A DNA stretch of 64,000 nucleotides from Blepharisma stoltei ATCC 30299 (GCA_965603825.1 CBFDEM010000054.1:124001-188000), one strand, 5' to 3'. Positions 23,601-37,282 are shown, counted from the stretch's first letter. Translations and numbers: made by a program. The notes: generated by a model from the letters alone, not told the origin.

Positions 23601-24689
23601 ATGAGGTCTCAAGACTGGTCTCGAGTTATTGATAAAAAAGAAATCGTGGTTATCAATTATGCGGATAGGGAGATGGTAGAGCCAAAGATCTATCATACAG
23701 CGTCAACAATTCATAAAGCACCACCGAGGCTGTCTCCGAAAAAAAGTTCATTGTTTCCACATTTAGATCATACACCGATATCAGGGATTGAGGGGAAAAT
23801 GCTGCTTTATAATGAAGTTTTCATAAAATCTACAAGTCTTCCTGCTTTAGCTAGCAAAAAAAAACCAAAAAAACCTAAAAAAATTCGAAAGGTAAAAATA
23901 ACCAAAACTCCTGGTTTTTTTCATCAGCTTTTATCAATACCAGTGGATTACCCAAATCCTGGAGAAACGCTACAAGACTTATTAATGAAATCAGAGCTAG
24001 GAATCCCGCCTGGAGACTTGCAGAGGGAAGCGAAAATGTCTTTGGCACTAGGAGATAAATTTGAGTCTGGTAACAAAATTTTAAAAGCGACCAAGTTTTA
24101 TAGGAGACTTTATTTTGCAAGCGAAATGAATGGGGATAATGAAGGAAAAGCTCTTGCGTTAAATAGGCTGGGACTTGTATATTATAACAAAGGGAGGTTT
24201 AAAAAAGCAAAAGATATGAATGAAAACCATCAGCAGCTTTGTCCAGATGAGTTTATCCCATACTATAATTTGGGAATTATATATAGAAGCCTAAAAAAGC
24301 ATATGCTAAGCATCAAAAAACTAGAGCAAGCTGTCGATATGTCAGTTGAAATTAATGATATTGAAGGGGAATGCATTGCTTTAGCACAACTAGGATTTAG
24401 CTACAAAGCCTACGAAGATCTAGACAAAGCTAAGCAGAATTTAAACCAAGCTCTCGAAAAAGCTATCGAAATCGGCACAAAAGATATTGAGCTCGAGCTG
24501 AAAATGGCTTTAGCCTATATTTTTTACCACACAGAGCACTCTGAAGACTCTGAAAAATATTTCCACTCTGCAATGCTTATGAGCAAAGGGCCATTAAGCG
24601 ATATCTGCAGGATCAATGTTGGGATCCTCCGGGCACAAAAAGCTGATATTTTCAATATCAAGAAACCACTGATAATTAATAAAAATTAA
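23601..24689 (+). CDS. TPR-repeat protein
   Basis: TPR helices: ALALNRLGLVYYNKG, YYNLGIIYRSL, ALAQLGFSY. Confidence 0.8.
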   Translation: MRSQDWSRVIDKKEIVVINYADREMVEPKIYHTASTIHKAPPRLSPKKSSLFPHLDHTPISGIEGKMLLYNEVFIKSTSLPALASKKKPKKPKKIRKVKITKTPGFFHQLLSIPVDYPNPGETLQDLLMKSELGIPPGDLQREAKMSLALGDKFESGNKILKATKFYRRLYFASEMNGDNEGKALALNRLGLVYYNKGRFKKAKDMNENHQQLCPDEFIPYYNLGIIYRSLKKHMLSIKKLEQAVDMSVEINDIEGECIALAQLGFSYKAYEDLDKAKQNLNQALEKAIEIGTKDIELELKMALAYIFYHTEHSEDSEKYFHSAMLMSKGPLSDICRINVGILRAQKADIFNIKKPLIINKN

Positions 24690-24706
24690 GAATCTAACGA
24701 TTTAGC

Positions 24707-25081
24707 TTATTGTTTTGGCTCTTCTACTTTGATATTAGGGAGCTCTGCAAGATCAAGGGCTTTGAGGAGTTCAAGAGTAGCAGCATCAACCCTGATTTCT
24801 CTGGTGCTAACAATAGAGCGCTCTGGAATATAATCAAGTTTCTTTTCTCTTTCTTCTTCTTGTATCTTTAACGAGATTCCTCTAACTGGGCCTTTTTGGA
24901 TTCTTTTCATGAGATGTGTGGCGTAGCCTGCAATTTTGTTTCTCAAACGCTTGGTTTGAATAACTGCGACTTCATCACAAATTCTCTTGTTAATGTGAAA
25001 ATCTGCAGTCATTCTTGCGTAGAATTTTTCGACTATAGCTCTGGCTGCCTTTTTCACAGTTTTTGTTCTTACTCGACCCAT
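24707..25081 (-). CDS. RPS17: 40S ribosomal protein S17 (eS17)
   Basis: [14 protein letters not shown]...[29 protein letters not shown]. Confidence 0.98.
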   Translation of the reverse strand: MGRVRTKTVKKAARAIVEKFYARMTADFHINKRICDEVAVIQTKRLRNKIAGYATHLMKRIQKGPVRGISLKIQEEEREKKLDYIPERSIVSTREIRVDAATLELLKALDLAELPNIKVEEPKQ

Positions 25082-25134
25082 CTTGATCCACTAATTATCA
25101 CCATTTTCTCAGACACTTGTAAAGAGATAGCGAA

Positions 25135-27213
25135 ATGGAGGATAGGGTAGAAAGGTCTCAGTCGGTAACTTCGTCTTTTATTGGACGGTTAGGCTTTAAG
25201 AGTAACAATAATTTAATTGCAAAAAAAGAACTGCCCATAAGCATTTTGAAATTGCTGACAAATAAAAATTTTGAAAAACAAAAGGAAGGGAATAATGAAT
25301 TGCAAATGTTTTTGAGGCATCAGATTGAGAGTGGGAATGTGAATGCTATACAAAATATTATTGAGCTATTTAAACAAGAATTTGTAAATAACTCACAAGA
25401 CCATTATAGAAATGTAGGCTTATTTGCGTATTCTGCAATTGCGACATCGCCAATGTCATCTCAAGAAATTGAGCTGGTTTTTCCTGATTTAATTGAGCAG
25501 GCGTTAAACTGCTTTGGAGATCAAGTTCCGAAAGTCAGATATCATGCGGTTGAAGTGCTCTATAATATTGCAAAAGCTTGTAAAGAGCAAGTGATCCAGC
25601 ATCTTTCTGTCATTATGAAATGCTTAACTTATTTATACTCAGACCGAAATAATGAAGTAAAATCTGCTGCTGAAAAGCTTGACTGCTTATTGAAACTATA
25701 TTTAGTTGACACTGGAGCTGACCAAGAGATTTTTGATTCGGTTGAATTTTTAGAAACTATTCAAGAAGTCATCAACCAAACCACACACCCAGATGTACAA
25801 AAATTTATTATTTCTTGACTGATAATTTTGAACTCAATCCCAAGCTTTAATTTACTTGACTATTTAAATTATTTTTTTGAAGGACTATTTTTAATGCTTG
25901 AAAGCTCAAAAATTGAAGTCCAGCACGCTGCTTATTGACTACTAAGGGAATTGCTAGAAAATATCAAAGAAAGAATAGAAAGCGACAAAATGAATTTTGT
26001 ATATGTCATAGAAACCTTAATAAAATTGATAAACAGGCATAACACATATGTAAAATCTGAGGTAACAACTTGGATAAATGAGCTTGTAAATACTGCAAAT
26101 TTTATGATATCGTCCCAATTTCCGAATATTTTAAAAGTTGTGCTTCTCACACTGTCGGACAGTGAGAAATATATTGTAGAGCTCTCAGAGGCAACAAATA
26201 AAAAGCTATTAGAACTATCCCTAGGGTTTGAAAACATGCATTGGGATAAATTTGATTTTTCTTCTTTAGTAGCTATTTTGGTGCCTTTTCTTAAAAATTC
26301 TTCAAAAAAAACCAGCATGGCTGTGCTGGATTGGATTTTGACCTTAGAGCATTTAAACCCAAAGTCCTTGGAGAGCACTTTGCTTATTATCTTGAACACA
26401 TTGACTTATAGACTTGTAGACCCAGATTACTCGATTGTCAGCCAAATTATTTGTGTTTTTGGCAAAATTGCTGGATATCCTGGATATTTCGAAAAAGTGA
26501 TTGAGTCTGTCTTAAACCTCTTTAAAGAGGCTCCTTTATTATTAGAAAATTCCGGATTTTTTATAATTAAGCACTTATGCTTGCATTTAGGAACCGAAAA
26601 AGTTTATCAGTGTTTCGCAGAAACTCTTAGAATAGATAAGGAGCGCGAATTCAGTAAAAAATTGATTGAAACTTTGACCGATTTATTACTAATTGAGCCA
26701 TCTTTTGAAAGCCAGAGAGATAGGCTGCGATACTGCTTATGCAACCAAGATACATCTTGCATAGAATTTGTTGAGTCTTTATTTAAAGCTTGAAGCATAA
26801 ATCCTGGGTCAACCTTAATTCTGTTATATTTAATTCAGGGCTATGAGCTTGCATATGATTTATTTGGAATTTTATCGAAATGCAGAGTAACGCTTTCATT
26901 GCTTACTCAGTTAGCAAAACTTGTAAAAGTGCTGGATTCGCCGCTTTTTGTACATCTTAGGATCCAGATGCTGGAATATCAAAAATACCCATTTTTATTG
27001 AAATCTTTGTATGCGCTTTTAATGTTTTTGCCTCAATCTGATGCACATGAAACCTTAAGGAAAAGGCTAAAACAGGTTTCTGCTCTGCATAATTGTATTA
27101 TTGTGTTTGCAACAGAAAATTCTACGAAAACTCATTTGTTAAAACATATTGAGCTTAAAAATTATTTTTCACAGCTAAACCCAACACCTTTATCGATTTC
27201 ACAGCAAAGTTAA
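25135..27213 (+). CDS. VAC14: VAC14 (PIKfyve/Fab1 complex scaffold)
   Basis: CFGDQVPKVRYHAVEVLYNIAK and KLVKVLDSPLFVHLRIQMLE...LLKSLYALLMFLPQSDA. One frame through three TGAs. Confidence 0.9.
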
Positions 27214-27317
27214 AAATTAAAATAATTATAAATTACAATTATCAATATTAAGCCAGGATTTTAATATATATTAAAGCAGTTTTATTCACATTAGAGATAC
27301 CTTATAGTCATAATTAA

Positions 27318-28346
27318 ATGAAATCAAGCTTTATTAAACCGTCAAGATATGGTTTACCATCTCCATTCCTAGAACGGCTAAACCCAGAAACATCTCAAAA
27401 ATTAACCGAATTTTCATATAAAAAAGTAGCTGCCAAAGTCAGAGACGCAATAAGAAAAAATTCACCTGCAAATTGTTCTCAAAATTTATTAGCAGAAAAC
27501 CCAGACCTAGATCGTGCTTTAGAATTAACTCGGCAAAAAGAAAGAAACTTTGATAAATCAATTAAGCTCGAGCTAAGTAAATTGCATATAAATAAAGAGC
27601 CAAAATTAACTGAAAATAGTGAAATTGTGAAGCCGTCATTAAAAATCAAAATAATAATTCAAGAAAAAAATACTGAGCCAAGTCAAGAAAAAAAGCCTAT
27701 AGAGATGCCAAAGCTTAAAACAAGGCTAATTAAAGAAAAAATAAAAAGGAAAAAAACTTGTTCACCGAGAGCTAACACTTCATTTAGAACTGATTTACTA
27801 ACATCTTATTTAGCAACTGCAAGGCATACGTCAATGGATATGACTGAGTCTCTCCCACCTTTGATTAAATCTACTCCAATTCATATGGACCCTTACTTTA
27901 AATTCCCTAAAAAGACAAGTTCAAATGAGTCATCTCCTCGATTAGTTGAAAAGCATGGAAGACTGAACTCTTTAGATGCAATTATGAATGATTGTATTGA
28001 ATTTAAACCAACACTTAAACCTGACTACGAAGAAATTCTTAGAACTCAAAAAGAAAGAGATGACGATTCAAAAGGTTTTTTAAATTATGTGAACGATCTT
28101 GGTGATATATTAAGAATGGCACATGATGAGAGATCATTTAATAATATGATGTCAACAAGAAATTACAATAAAAAACTTGACAAAAATTTGAAAAATGACT
28201 CAAATGAAATCCAAGATGACATGTCAATGGTGATGCAGAAAATAATTGATTTGGGTGGACATAAAGTTTGGAGGCTAAACCATACTTCATTTATGGCAAG
28301 AGCTGATAAAGAAATTAATTCTTTTTCAAGAGTTAAGCCTGAATAA
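27318..28346 (+). CDS. Hypothetical protein, 342 aa
   Basis: Long ORF with TAAATG start context, no domain recognised. Confidence 0.7.
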   Translation: MKSSFIKPSRYGLPSPFLERLNPETSQKLTEFSYKKVAAKVRDAIRKNSPANCSQNLLAENPDLDRALELTRQKERNFDKSIKLELSKLHINKEPKLTENSEIVKPSLKIKIIIQEKNTEPSQEKKPIEMPKLKTRLIKEKIKRKKTCSPRANTSFRTDLLTSYLATARHTSMDMTESLPPLIKSTPIHMDPYFKFPKKTSSNESSPRLVEKHGRLNSLDAIMNDCIEFKPTLKPDYEEILRTQKERDDDSKGFLNYVNDLGDILRMAHDERSFNNMMSTRNYNKKLDKNLKNDSNEIQDDMSMVMQKIIDLGGHKVWRLNHTSFMARADKEINSFSRVKPE

Positions 28347-28440
28347 TTAATTATTATTGCATATGAATTTGGCTCAACTGCCATATTAAAAATTAATTAG
28401 AATAGCTCGAGATGACTTATCAAAAAAGTAATCAAAATAA

Positions 28441-28932
28441 CTATCTATAGTGCTTATTAAATTATACATTATTTAGAGCGGCTACTATACTCAAAAATGA
28501 TTCATCATTGTGCTTTTGGCTATCTTCAAAGCCATTCATGGTGTCTTGTTCAATATCCGACAGATCAATTTCATTTCACATTGACTTGCCAAATTTTGCT
28601 TTCTCTCCAAATTTTGTGGTTTTAGATTTTGGTAGCACTTGGTATGGGCAAACAACCATATCTGACTGCTTTAGACTTTTCACCCTCACAAGTGCTCTGG
28701 AAGACGATCTTCTTCCTACTATTTGTTCAGTCGTGCGGTGGCTTGTGTGTGTTTTTGCTTCAACTGTTAAAATCTTAGCAGGATTCTTTTTCTCTTTTTG
28801 CCTAATAGTTTCTGAAATTTTTGGTTCAAACTTTAAAGGTCTTCTGTTAAGTAAAACTTGTCTGTCAGAATCAGACCTTTTCAATAACCCTCTAAAGTTA
28901 TCATTAAATCTTTTTTCCCAAACCTGTGCCAT
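28441..28932 (-). CDS. Hypothetical basic protein, about 157-158 aa
   Basis: Frame continues through TGA 28576. Ends at TAA 28462 if unspliced, or at TAG 28441 if 28453-28467 is spliced. Confidence 0.6.
28453..28467 (-). other. Candidate 15-nt intron overlapping the stop codon
   Basis: GTATAATTTAATAAG fits the GTA...A(10)...AG consensus, but no conserved domain tests it. Confidence 0.5.
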
Positions 28933-28992
28933 TATTAATATGATCTATTTAAATATAAAGACCTCTTAAATAATACGAATTATTTCAAAATA

Positions 28993-31900
28993 TTACCGTT
29001 TGCTCTGCTGGCTATAGACTTCTTTTGCTTGCATAATTAAATCTTTAGGAGACGCCTTAGCTCTCTTATAAGTTTTTTCGTACATGATTGGGAAGTCTTC
29101 CATAGACATATGGTATTTTGTGAATAATTCAAACCAAAATAGCAGTACTCCTGCATAGAAGAAAAATACAACTTCAAGGGCTTTATTATTGTTGCTCTTT
29201 ATAAACACATTCAGCTTCTTTGTCCTTAAGATTTTTATTGGGATTTTAGATAATCGCATTAAGAATTCAAGAAACGGGAATAAAGTGTCAGGCCTTCGTG
29301 AAGTCTGTAGTATTTCTTTGAATTTATTTGAATAAAACGCGTTCATAAATAATACAGAAATTAATCCATAGCAAGCTCCTTTTCATGACAGATCTGTATT
29401 TATATTTTTAATCCCAATTCTCTCTCATGCACTGTTATTTGAAGGCCATTCTGTTTCAGTTGTCATACAAAAATAGACACTTAGCAAGCAGCTTTGATGG
29501 AAAACGTCATCTTTGTTATATGGCAGCTTCGAAAACTTGTATAATTTTAAGCAGATCTCTTCTAATTCCTCACTCAGCCCATCCTGTTCTTTTCCGAAAC
29601 ACTTAAATAACGACAAAAAGCAATCTTGCTTTTTATAAAGAGTTTTAGTTGGCAGAAAATCACTAGGAATGCTAATGCTTTTAAAAATTCGCAAAGTCTC
29701 TTCAAATTCTAATACAGTTGGCACTCTAAGTGAGCTGTCTCTATTTAAATTTGCATTTAATTGTATCTGTGGGCCATGAATTATTTTTTGTTCTTCAAAC
29801 TTGATTTCTTCATGGTTATTCCTTTGTGGGGAATCATTTTTGTTCATCTGCCAGTCATTATCTATTGCTGCACTGGCTTGCAATTTATCATTTATCATTT
29901 TTGGCTGTGGCATTCTCATTTGGGCTTCTAAATTGTCTCTTCCATTTGATAACCCTGCTGAGGAGTCAGGATTTGTCCTTATTACTTCAATTTTTGAAGG
30001 CTGCTTTAATTGTTGGGCAACTGTGATGGCAGAAGAAACTTTAGGAATTTCTACAGCTGGGCTTGGATCTGCCTTTTTTATTGGAATTTTTGGAATTTCA
30101 GGCTCTAAGTCTTCAAATTTAACTTCAATTTTTTTTGCTGGCAGCTTGGCTGAGGCGCCAGGTCTAATATCAACTGATTCTTCGTCAAGACCAGGCATGG
30201 AGAATTCGAATTTTTGCTTTTCTGGGGCTTTTTTTACGATTTCTTCAGTTTGGATGATGTTTGTGGAGGGCTTAAACTGTGGCATTGGCTTCACATTTTT
30301 TTGTTGGTCTTTAATTTCAACTTTAACAGAGTGTTCAAGGGATTTTCGTGAAGATGAAGAATCAGAATCTGAAGAGGAATCATAGCTGAGGTTGTATTTG
30401 TCAGAAGCTTTAGGCTTTGGAGGCAAGTTTGAGGCTGTTTTTATTTCTAAGCCGCCACTTGTTTTAAAATCTAGGCCAGGGGAATTAATTTTAGGGTCAA
30501 ATTGAAGCTTGCCTTGAACTTCTGGGTTACTTGCTTTGAATTCTTGATTATTTTGTCCTTTTACATTAGGAATATTTGCTTTTGCTTCAATTTTTGGCTT
30601 AATTGATGGCTCGTTTATTTCTGGGATTTTTATTTCACTTTTTTCTATTTTCAAGCCAGTTTCTTTAGCAGCAGGTCCAGGGGCTGGTTTTTGATCAATT
30701 TTTACCTCAAAATTCCCAGTCTTAGGAATATTCAAAGGTGGGACATTTGGCTTCTTTTTGGAGTCATCAAATTCAAAATTAAACCCTGCTTCGTTTTCTT
30801 TTACAGATGGCTTGCTGTCAATTGAAGAAAATGAATCTTGTTTACTTTCAGGACTATCAGCTAGTTTTCCTCCCATTTCTAAATTTATTCCTCCTTTAAA
30901 CCCAAATTTGCCTTGTTTTCCTGCTTTTTCATTGCCTATTTGAGGTTTATTTATATCAAGATTTCCGAATTTCACTTGTGAAGAGCCTACTTCAGGCTGC
31001 TTTTCATATCCTGGCCCTTTAAGATTTACGTCTAAGTTTCCTTTTTCCGCTTTCATTTGTGGGACTTTAATGCTAGGGTCATTTATTTTTATTTCTGATT
31101 TGGCTGCGCCTTTGTTTTCAACGCTAGGGACTTCGAATCCTTTTTTGGCTGGCTCTTTTATTCCGAAGCCTACCTCAGGGAATTTATTTTTTGGAGCAAA
31201 ATCGACATTTCCAGTTTCTTTTTTAATTGAAGGGATTTTATGCTCAACATTTTTATCGTCAATTTCTATGTTTTGGCCTGATATTTTGCCTTGAAATCCG
31301 AATGATTCTTTAGGGCCTTCAATTTTGATTTCTTTGCTTTCTATAGCTTTTGCTTGAGGAAGCTGAGGCTCAGCTATAATTTTACCTTGAGGAAGATGTG
31401 GCTCACTAACAATTCCTTGAAATCCAGATTTTGGCTTTTCTATTTGAAAGCCTAAATCTTGCTTTTGTGCAGGCTTTGGGTCTGCAAGGTTAACCCCAAG
31501 TTTAGCCTGAGGGATAGTTATTTCAATATCTTCATCTGCATCAATAGGGTTAAATGTATTTTTACCTGCTATTACTACATCTTTTTTAGCAGGAACTTTT
31601 TCTTCGCTTTTTCTCCCTTGGATTTGTATATCAGAACTTATTCCAGGTTTCCCCATCTGTAAGCCAATGCTTGGAATTTCTTCTTTTAACTTTTGATTGG
31701 GTAATTTGAGGTCTTTATCAAAACCAGATTTTTCAATATTTAGCTTAGGATCAATATTGGCTTTGATAACAGGTGGGTTTGTAGAGTATTTAAGCTCATT
31801 TCCAGGCTGGTTTTGGGAGATAGCTTGGACTGATGAGTTCTGAGCTCCAATTTTTATTTCTTCTTGTGGTATTTTAGGATTTGGGAGGTTTCCTTTTAGC

Positions 31901-34359
31901 TTGAGACTTTCTTCAGACTGCATTTTTCCTTTGAACTCAATACTTTCTTTTGACTTTTGAATGTCTAGTCTTTCTTCTAGCTTAGGCTCAGGTGCAGGCT
32001 GGGCGAGTTTTGCATCTTCTTCTCCACTTAGTCCTATTTTCAAGCCAGTCTTCAACTTTGGCTTATCTATTTCAATATTATCAGTCAATTTTGGCTCAAA
32101 TTTTAATTTTGACTGCTTATTATCAATATTTCCTTTAATTTCAGTATCTTGCAATAAATTTCCTTTAGGTTTGCTTCCTTTTAGCGCTGGATCTAACCCT
32201 TGCACATTTCCTTGAAGCCCAAAATTTAAATTTCCTTTTTCTACTTTTTTATTCCCGATATCTTGTTGAGGGAATTTAACACCTTCAGGATTTATTTGTA
32301 AAGTGCCTTTTTTGTCAATACTTTCGTCTGATGCCAATTTTGGTTTATTTAAATCTATGTTTTTGGCTTCAATTTTTGAGTCTACTCCAAAATTAGGTAT
32401 GCTAGGACTTTCAAAATTGCCGCCTGATATATTGGTAGATTTTCCAGACAAATTTATGCCAAATCCAGGCTCTTTTGTGGATTTTTCAATTTTAATATCA
32501 GTTTGACCTTCACCGTAAAGCTGTGGACCTTTTAGCTCAATATTCTTTCCTTTAGATGCTGCATTTAATTCAGGGGCTTGGAAATTGCCTTGAATTCTTC
32601 CGATTGGTTGAGGCCTCCCAATATCAACGTCCATATCTGCCTCATCTGCATCTTTTACAACCATCTGCCCTTTTTGCATCCCTTTATTTATACCAACTTC
32701 AGCTTTGAACTTATCTTCGTTTTCTTTTATATTTGGATCTCCTTTCATTTTAAATTCGCCTAATTTTGGTCCTTTATCCTCGCCTTTAAAGCCAAATTGC
32801 ATTTTCGGGTCCTGAAATTTAAGTTTTGCGTCATGTTCTCCAATTTCAATATTTTTGCTTTTGTCTGGACTTTCATTGGCTCTACCTCCTAGTCCAAAGC
32901 CTCCACTGATTTTTGGCACTTCTCCTTTAATTTCGATATTTTTGCTTTTGTCGGAGCTTTCATTACCTCTTCCTCCCAGTCCAAAGCCTCCACTGATTTT
33001 TGGTATTTCACCTTTAATTTCGATATTTTTGCCTTTTTCGGAGCTTTCACTACCTCTTCCTCCTAATCCTAGACCTCCGCTGATCTTTGGCACTTCTCCT
33101 TTAATTTCAGTGTTTTTGCCATTATCTGAACTTTCACTAAGTCTTCCTCCGAATCCAAGGCCTCCACCAATTTTTGGGGCTTCTCCTTTAATTTCAATAT
33201 TTTTTCCTTTTTCTGGGTTTTCAACAGCCTTTCCTCCAAACCCAAAGCCTCCACCAATTTTTGGGGCTTCTCCTTTAATTTCAATATTCTTTCCTTTTTC
33301 TGGGTTTTCAACAGCCTTTCCTCCAAACCCAAAGCCTCCACCAATTTTAGGCCCATCTCCTTTAATTTCAATATTTTTTCCTTTTTCTGGATTTTCACTA
33401 GTCTTTCCTCCAAGCCCAAAGCTTCCACCTATTTTTCCTTCTCCTTTAATTTCGATTTTCTGGACGTTAGGATCTTGCTTGATTTCTCCAGGACCTTGGG
33501 ACTGAAATGTTGGAGGGTTTTTCCATTTGGATTCTTCTATTTTAGGCTGCATCACATTTTTAGGGTTTTCTTGGAGAATAATTACATCAAGATCGTCAAC
33601 TTGTTCAAAACCTCTAGGCTTTGGTGGACTTACTCTTTGAGGATTTGCACTTGCTCCAACCAATCCTGGCCCAGAAAACCCGATTTTTCTTGAAGGATTT
33701 GCTGCTTCTTTGCCTAAGCTTAATACATATTGATTTTCTTCATTATTCATAAGCTTGCTTTCTTCAGATAACTCTGACTCATTTGTATCCAGACGAATAT
33801 TTGGTGCTTTTCCCCTAATATCCATTCCTTTTCCTTTGGCAAAGCTTGAATTTTCTTCATCAGAAATAGAGGAAAAGCTATTTTCTGAAAATTTTATTTG
33901 TTTTTTCTCGTTGAAACCTGAAGAAATTTTCGCGATTGGGTTATTTTGTTTTTGGGCTAGATTTGGCTTTGGGATATTAAAATCGAACTTTAGCTTTGAG
34001 TCAGGTACACTCGGCTGGTTTTGGCCTGATGCTTGCTGATTATTCGCTACGACAGAGCTTTCACTTTCGGTGTCTCCGTACGACGAAGATGAGTGTGAAT
34101 CTTCTTGAGAGTTAAAATTTCAAAAATTTTCTGGCTCAGCACCTTTTTCTGGCCTCGTACCAATTTTTAAGCCTGAAATGGCTGATTGTCCTTCAGAAAT
34201 TTTAGGAATTTGCTTTGGATTAGGTATTTCGATAGAGCTGCTTGAAGAGGACGACGATGAACTGCTTGAGCTTTTCTTTCTATATTTAGAGGAAGCCAAT
34301 TTGATAGCTGGAGCACCTTGATTTACAGATAATGAAGGAGTTTTAATTTGAACATCCAT
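28993..34359 (-). CDS. Giant low-complexity protein with a C-terminal ELMO/CED-12 (ELMOD-like) domain, 1788 aa
   Basis: One frame through TGAs at 34120, 29425 and 29383. C-terminal KLPYNKDDVFHQSCLLSVY...[W]ERIG...TDL..KG...GLISVLF resembles ELMOD. Confidence 0.7.
32842..33460 (-). repeat. 87-bp (29-aa) coding tandem repeat, about 7 copies
   Basis: Unit KGKNIEIKGE(A/V)PKI(G/S)GG(F/L)G(F/L)GG(K/R)..E..(E/D). Confidence 0.9.
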
Positions 34360-34780
34360 TTTATTAATCAATTTTAGAGTTGATGTAGAAAAAATATTTT
34401 GTGTTGGAAATTAGTGAATTTCTAGTTAAACAGTTTTATATCTTTATTAAATTTTATAACTGACTAATAATTATGTATTAAGAGGGATGATGCTATCAAA
34501 AAGGGTGATAAAAGGGTAAGGTTATATATTGCAGCTAAGAAATTAAAAATATCTGTTTTAAAGTGTCTTAAAAACTATTAATAAATATTGATAGCAGAAA
34601 TTCCAAAAGAATCTATTTGTATTTGAAAGTTTGAGACTTTTGTAATTTATTTTTTCAGAATACTAATACTGCAAAAATCTTACGAGATAAATTTATGATA
34701 AATAAAAAATTATTAATTTTTATTTATCGAATTTACCCTTTATAATATAAAGCTAAATAATAAAAATATTTTTTATTAAT

Positions 34781-37282
34781 CTATACATCATCCTTTGTAT
34801 TTTTAACACCCTTTGCTTCTGCGATATCATGAGCTGCATCATTAAGCGACACAAGTACAGGCTTATATATTGGGTTTTGCATAATATCATACGACGGAAT
34901 CCCATGTTCCTTTATTTCCTTATAGTTTGCTTTATACGTCCCCTGGTCATCCCTAGTCTGTTCATCTCCAACCTGAGCTGTCGTCTTTCTAAATTTCAAG
35001 ACTTCATTAAGAATGATCACAGATATAAAAATCACAAAAATAAGCGAAATCAGCGTCATATTCAAAACCCCTGAGTCCCTTGAAATCCTTTCTCTCAATG
35101 TCTCATGCTCTGGCATTATCTGTCTCGAATCATTCACATAAAGAGACTTCGGAAAAATCTCATCAGCTCCATACATATAAAGTGAAAATCCACAGTGTAA
35201 AAGTACTGCGTAAGGCATATAAATTTGGAATCTATCATTAAGGTGGTTTGAATATAAAGGAGGGGTCCGGTAATAACGAAGAATAAGAAACTTATCAGTC
35301 CAATATGCAAAAAATAATGTAAAAAAACAAATAATGTTTAGCAGTGGCATACCTCCTGAGTACAGAAAACAAGTGAAAATCGTGTTCATGATTTGCGCAA
35401 CTCTGACTGATAATTGAAATTCGGGGCCTGCAAACAGAGCGTTTAGCTCATGCTGCATTTTGTAATATTTGTAAAAAAAGCGTCTTTTTATGACGTTTAT
35501 AGGGTACATCACGAATAACGTTATAAAATGTGGGGATGCAATACCAATAAACATAGTAACCACTATTGTGGCTCCTACCTTTGTGTACCAATCTCTTGAA
35601 AAATCATCATAATCTCCATTGAATAAATAATCTTTAAAGGCTAAATCTTTTACGAATACAAGGTCCTCGAAATTTGCATTGACAAATAAATTTATCATTG
35701 AGGTATTGAAAAACAGCACAAAAAACAGCTTATTCATAATAGCTAACTGTTCTTTAGTCCACGTTGAAGCTCTTTCGTACCTAGTAAGCCATGCCAAAGC
35801 CCATTTTAACACATAGTTAATTGCAATAATCCCTATACTTGCAAACACTCTTACAGTTGTCGCAATTGATAATTGGGAAATGTAATCTTTGCAATAATGG
35901 TTGTAATCAGAATTATCAACGATTTTTGAAAAACTTTGCTGCATACACCAGCAGTATGTTTTTGTATCACTTGTATAGTTAGCCTCTGCGTATTCTAAGG
36001 AAGCGTCTTTATTAATTTTTTTTGCACAAGTTTCGGAGCTTGGTAGTAAATTTTCTTCTCTTTGGATGACACACATTAAAATAATAGACCCGATCATGAT
36101 TCCAATTGATAAAGCAACGATAATGGTTCTGCGGATTTGGCGGTTTCAATGCCCATACTCGAGATTTTCCCATTTGATATTTGAGGGCTCAACTGTAGGT
36201 TTTACTACTAAAGAGTAAGTCCCTCTAAATCTTAGCTCTTTTGGCTGCATTTGTTTTCGGAAAAGTTTAAGCTTAGTGTCATATGCAGTTAAGCACTTTT
36301 TACGAGAACTGACGTCATTGAATACTAAATATGCGCGGTCGACAATTAAATCTTCATTTGCTTCGGCAGCGTCTTTTCGTTTTCTAAGAAGTTTTTCATC
36401 AAATTCTCTTATGTCTTCTTGGATAGCTTTTAGTTTTGCTTCTTGAGTTGGATCGTTTTGTGCCATTAGTTTAAGGTACCCTTCTTGAAAAGACAATTTT
36501 GCTCTGGTTTTATAGCTTCCAAGCCAGCCATTATATTTTCTTGCTAAATATACTTCCACAACCTCCCCAAATTTCTGAAAATGCTCAATAATTTCTTTTT
36601 CCTCTATATCTTCTGCAGGGAGTCCTTTAATTTCAACAGCATAATCTCCAGCAGTTACATTATCCTTAAAATTCTTCTCAGCTACTTTTTTTGAGAGCTT
36701 TTTATAGTACACTAAAAATCCAATAAACACAAAAGTATACAAAAAATCGGCGACAGCCACACGGATTTGATTATTTTCAAAATCATCAACATCACTTTGT
36801 TCATCATCTAAAACTGCGTTAGCATCTTCAGTAACTGGTATAGACTTATAATGAAAAGCTCCATTATTTGCTAGAGTAATAGTGCTATAAGATTTTTCAC
36901 TATCTGCCGCATCAAGTCCAGATCCATACCAATTTTCTAAAATTGGCCAAATTGATATCAGACTAATGATAAGAAATAAAAAGGCAAAATACTTGAGCAT
37001 TGTAAAATATAGCTCAAGCCCGACTCCATACTCTCCAAGCACTTGTGGACTTGTGCTTCATACAGAGTATTCTACAAATCTTCCGTCGTCTGTCCAATCT
37101 CGAACTGTGTTTCTATCTCTAAATGCTTTAGCTTTATCTAAATCTGCAAACTGCACTGAGTCAGCTAAATCTTGTTTATTTTCTTCATTTTCCAGTCCTA
37201 TTCCGCCTTGTACAGCAATTCCTCCAGGCTGAATTCCGACCGCGTTTCCAATTTGATTTACCAGACCATCTATCACTTCCAT
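34781..37282 (-). CDS. OSCA/TMEM63 (CSC1-like) cation channel, 833 aa
   Basis: YGVGLELYF..LK, TAGDYAVEIKGLP, RAYLVF, EPSNIKWENL, YSGGMPLL, YWTDKFLILRYYRTPP. TGAs at 37058 and 36146. Confidence 0.87.
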
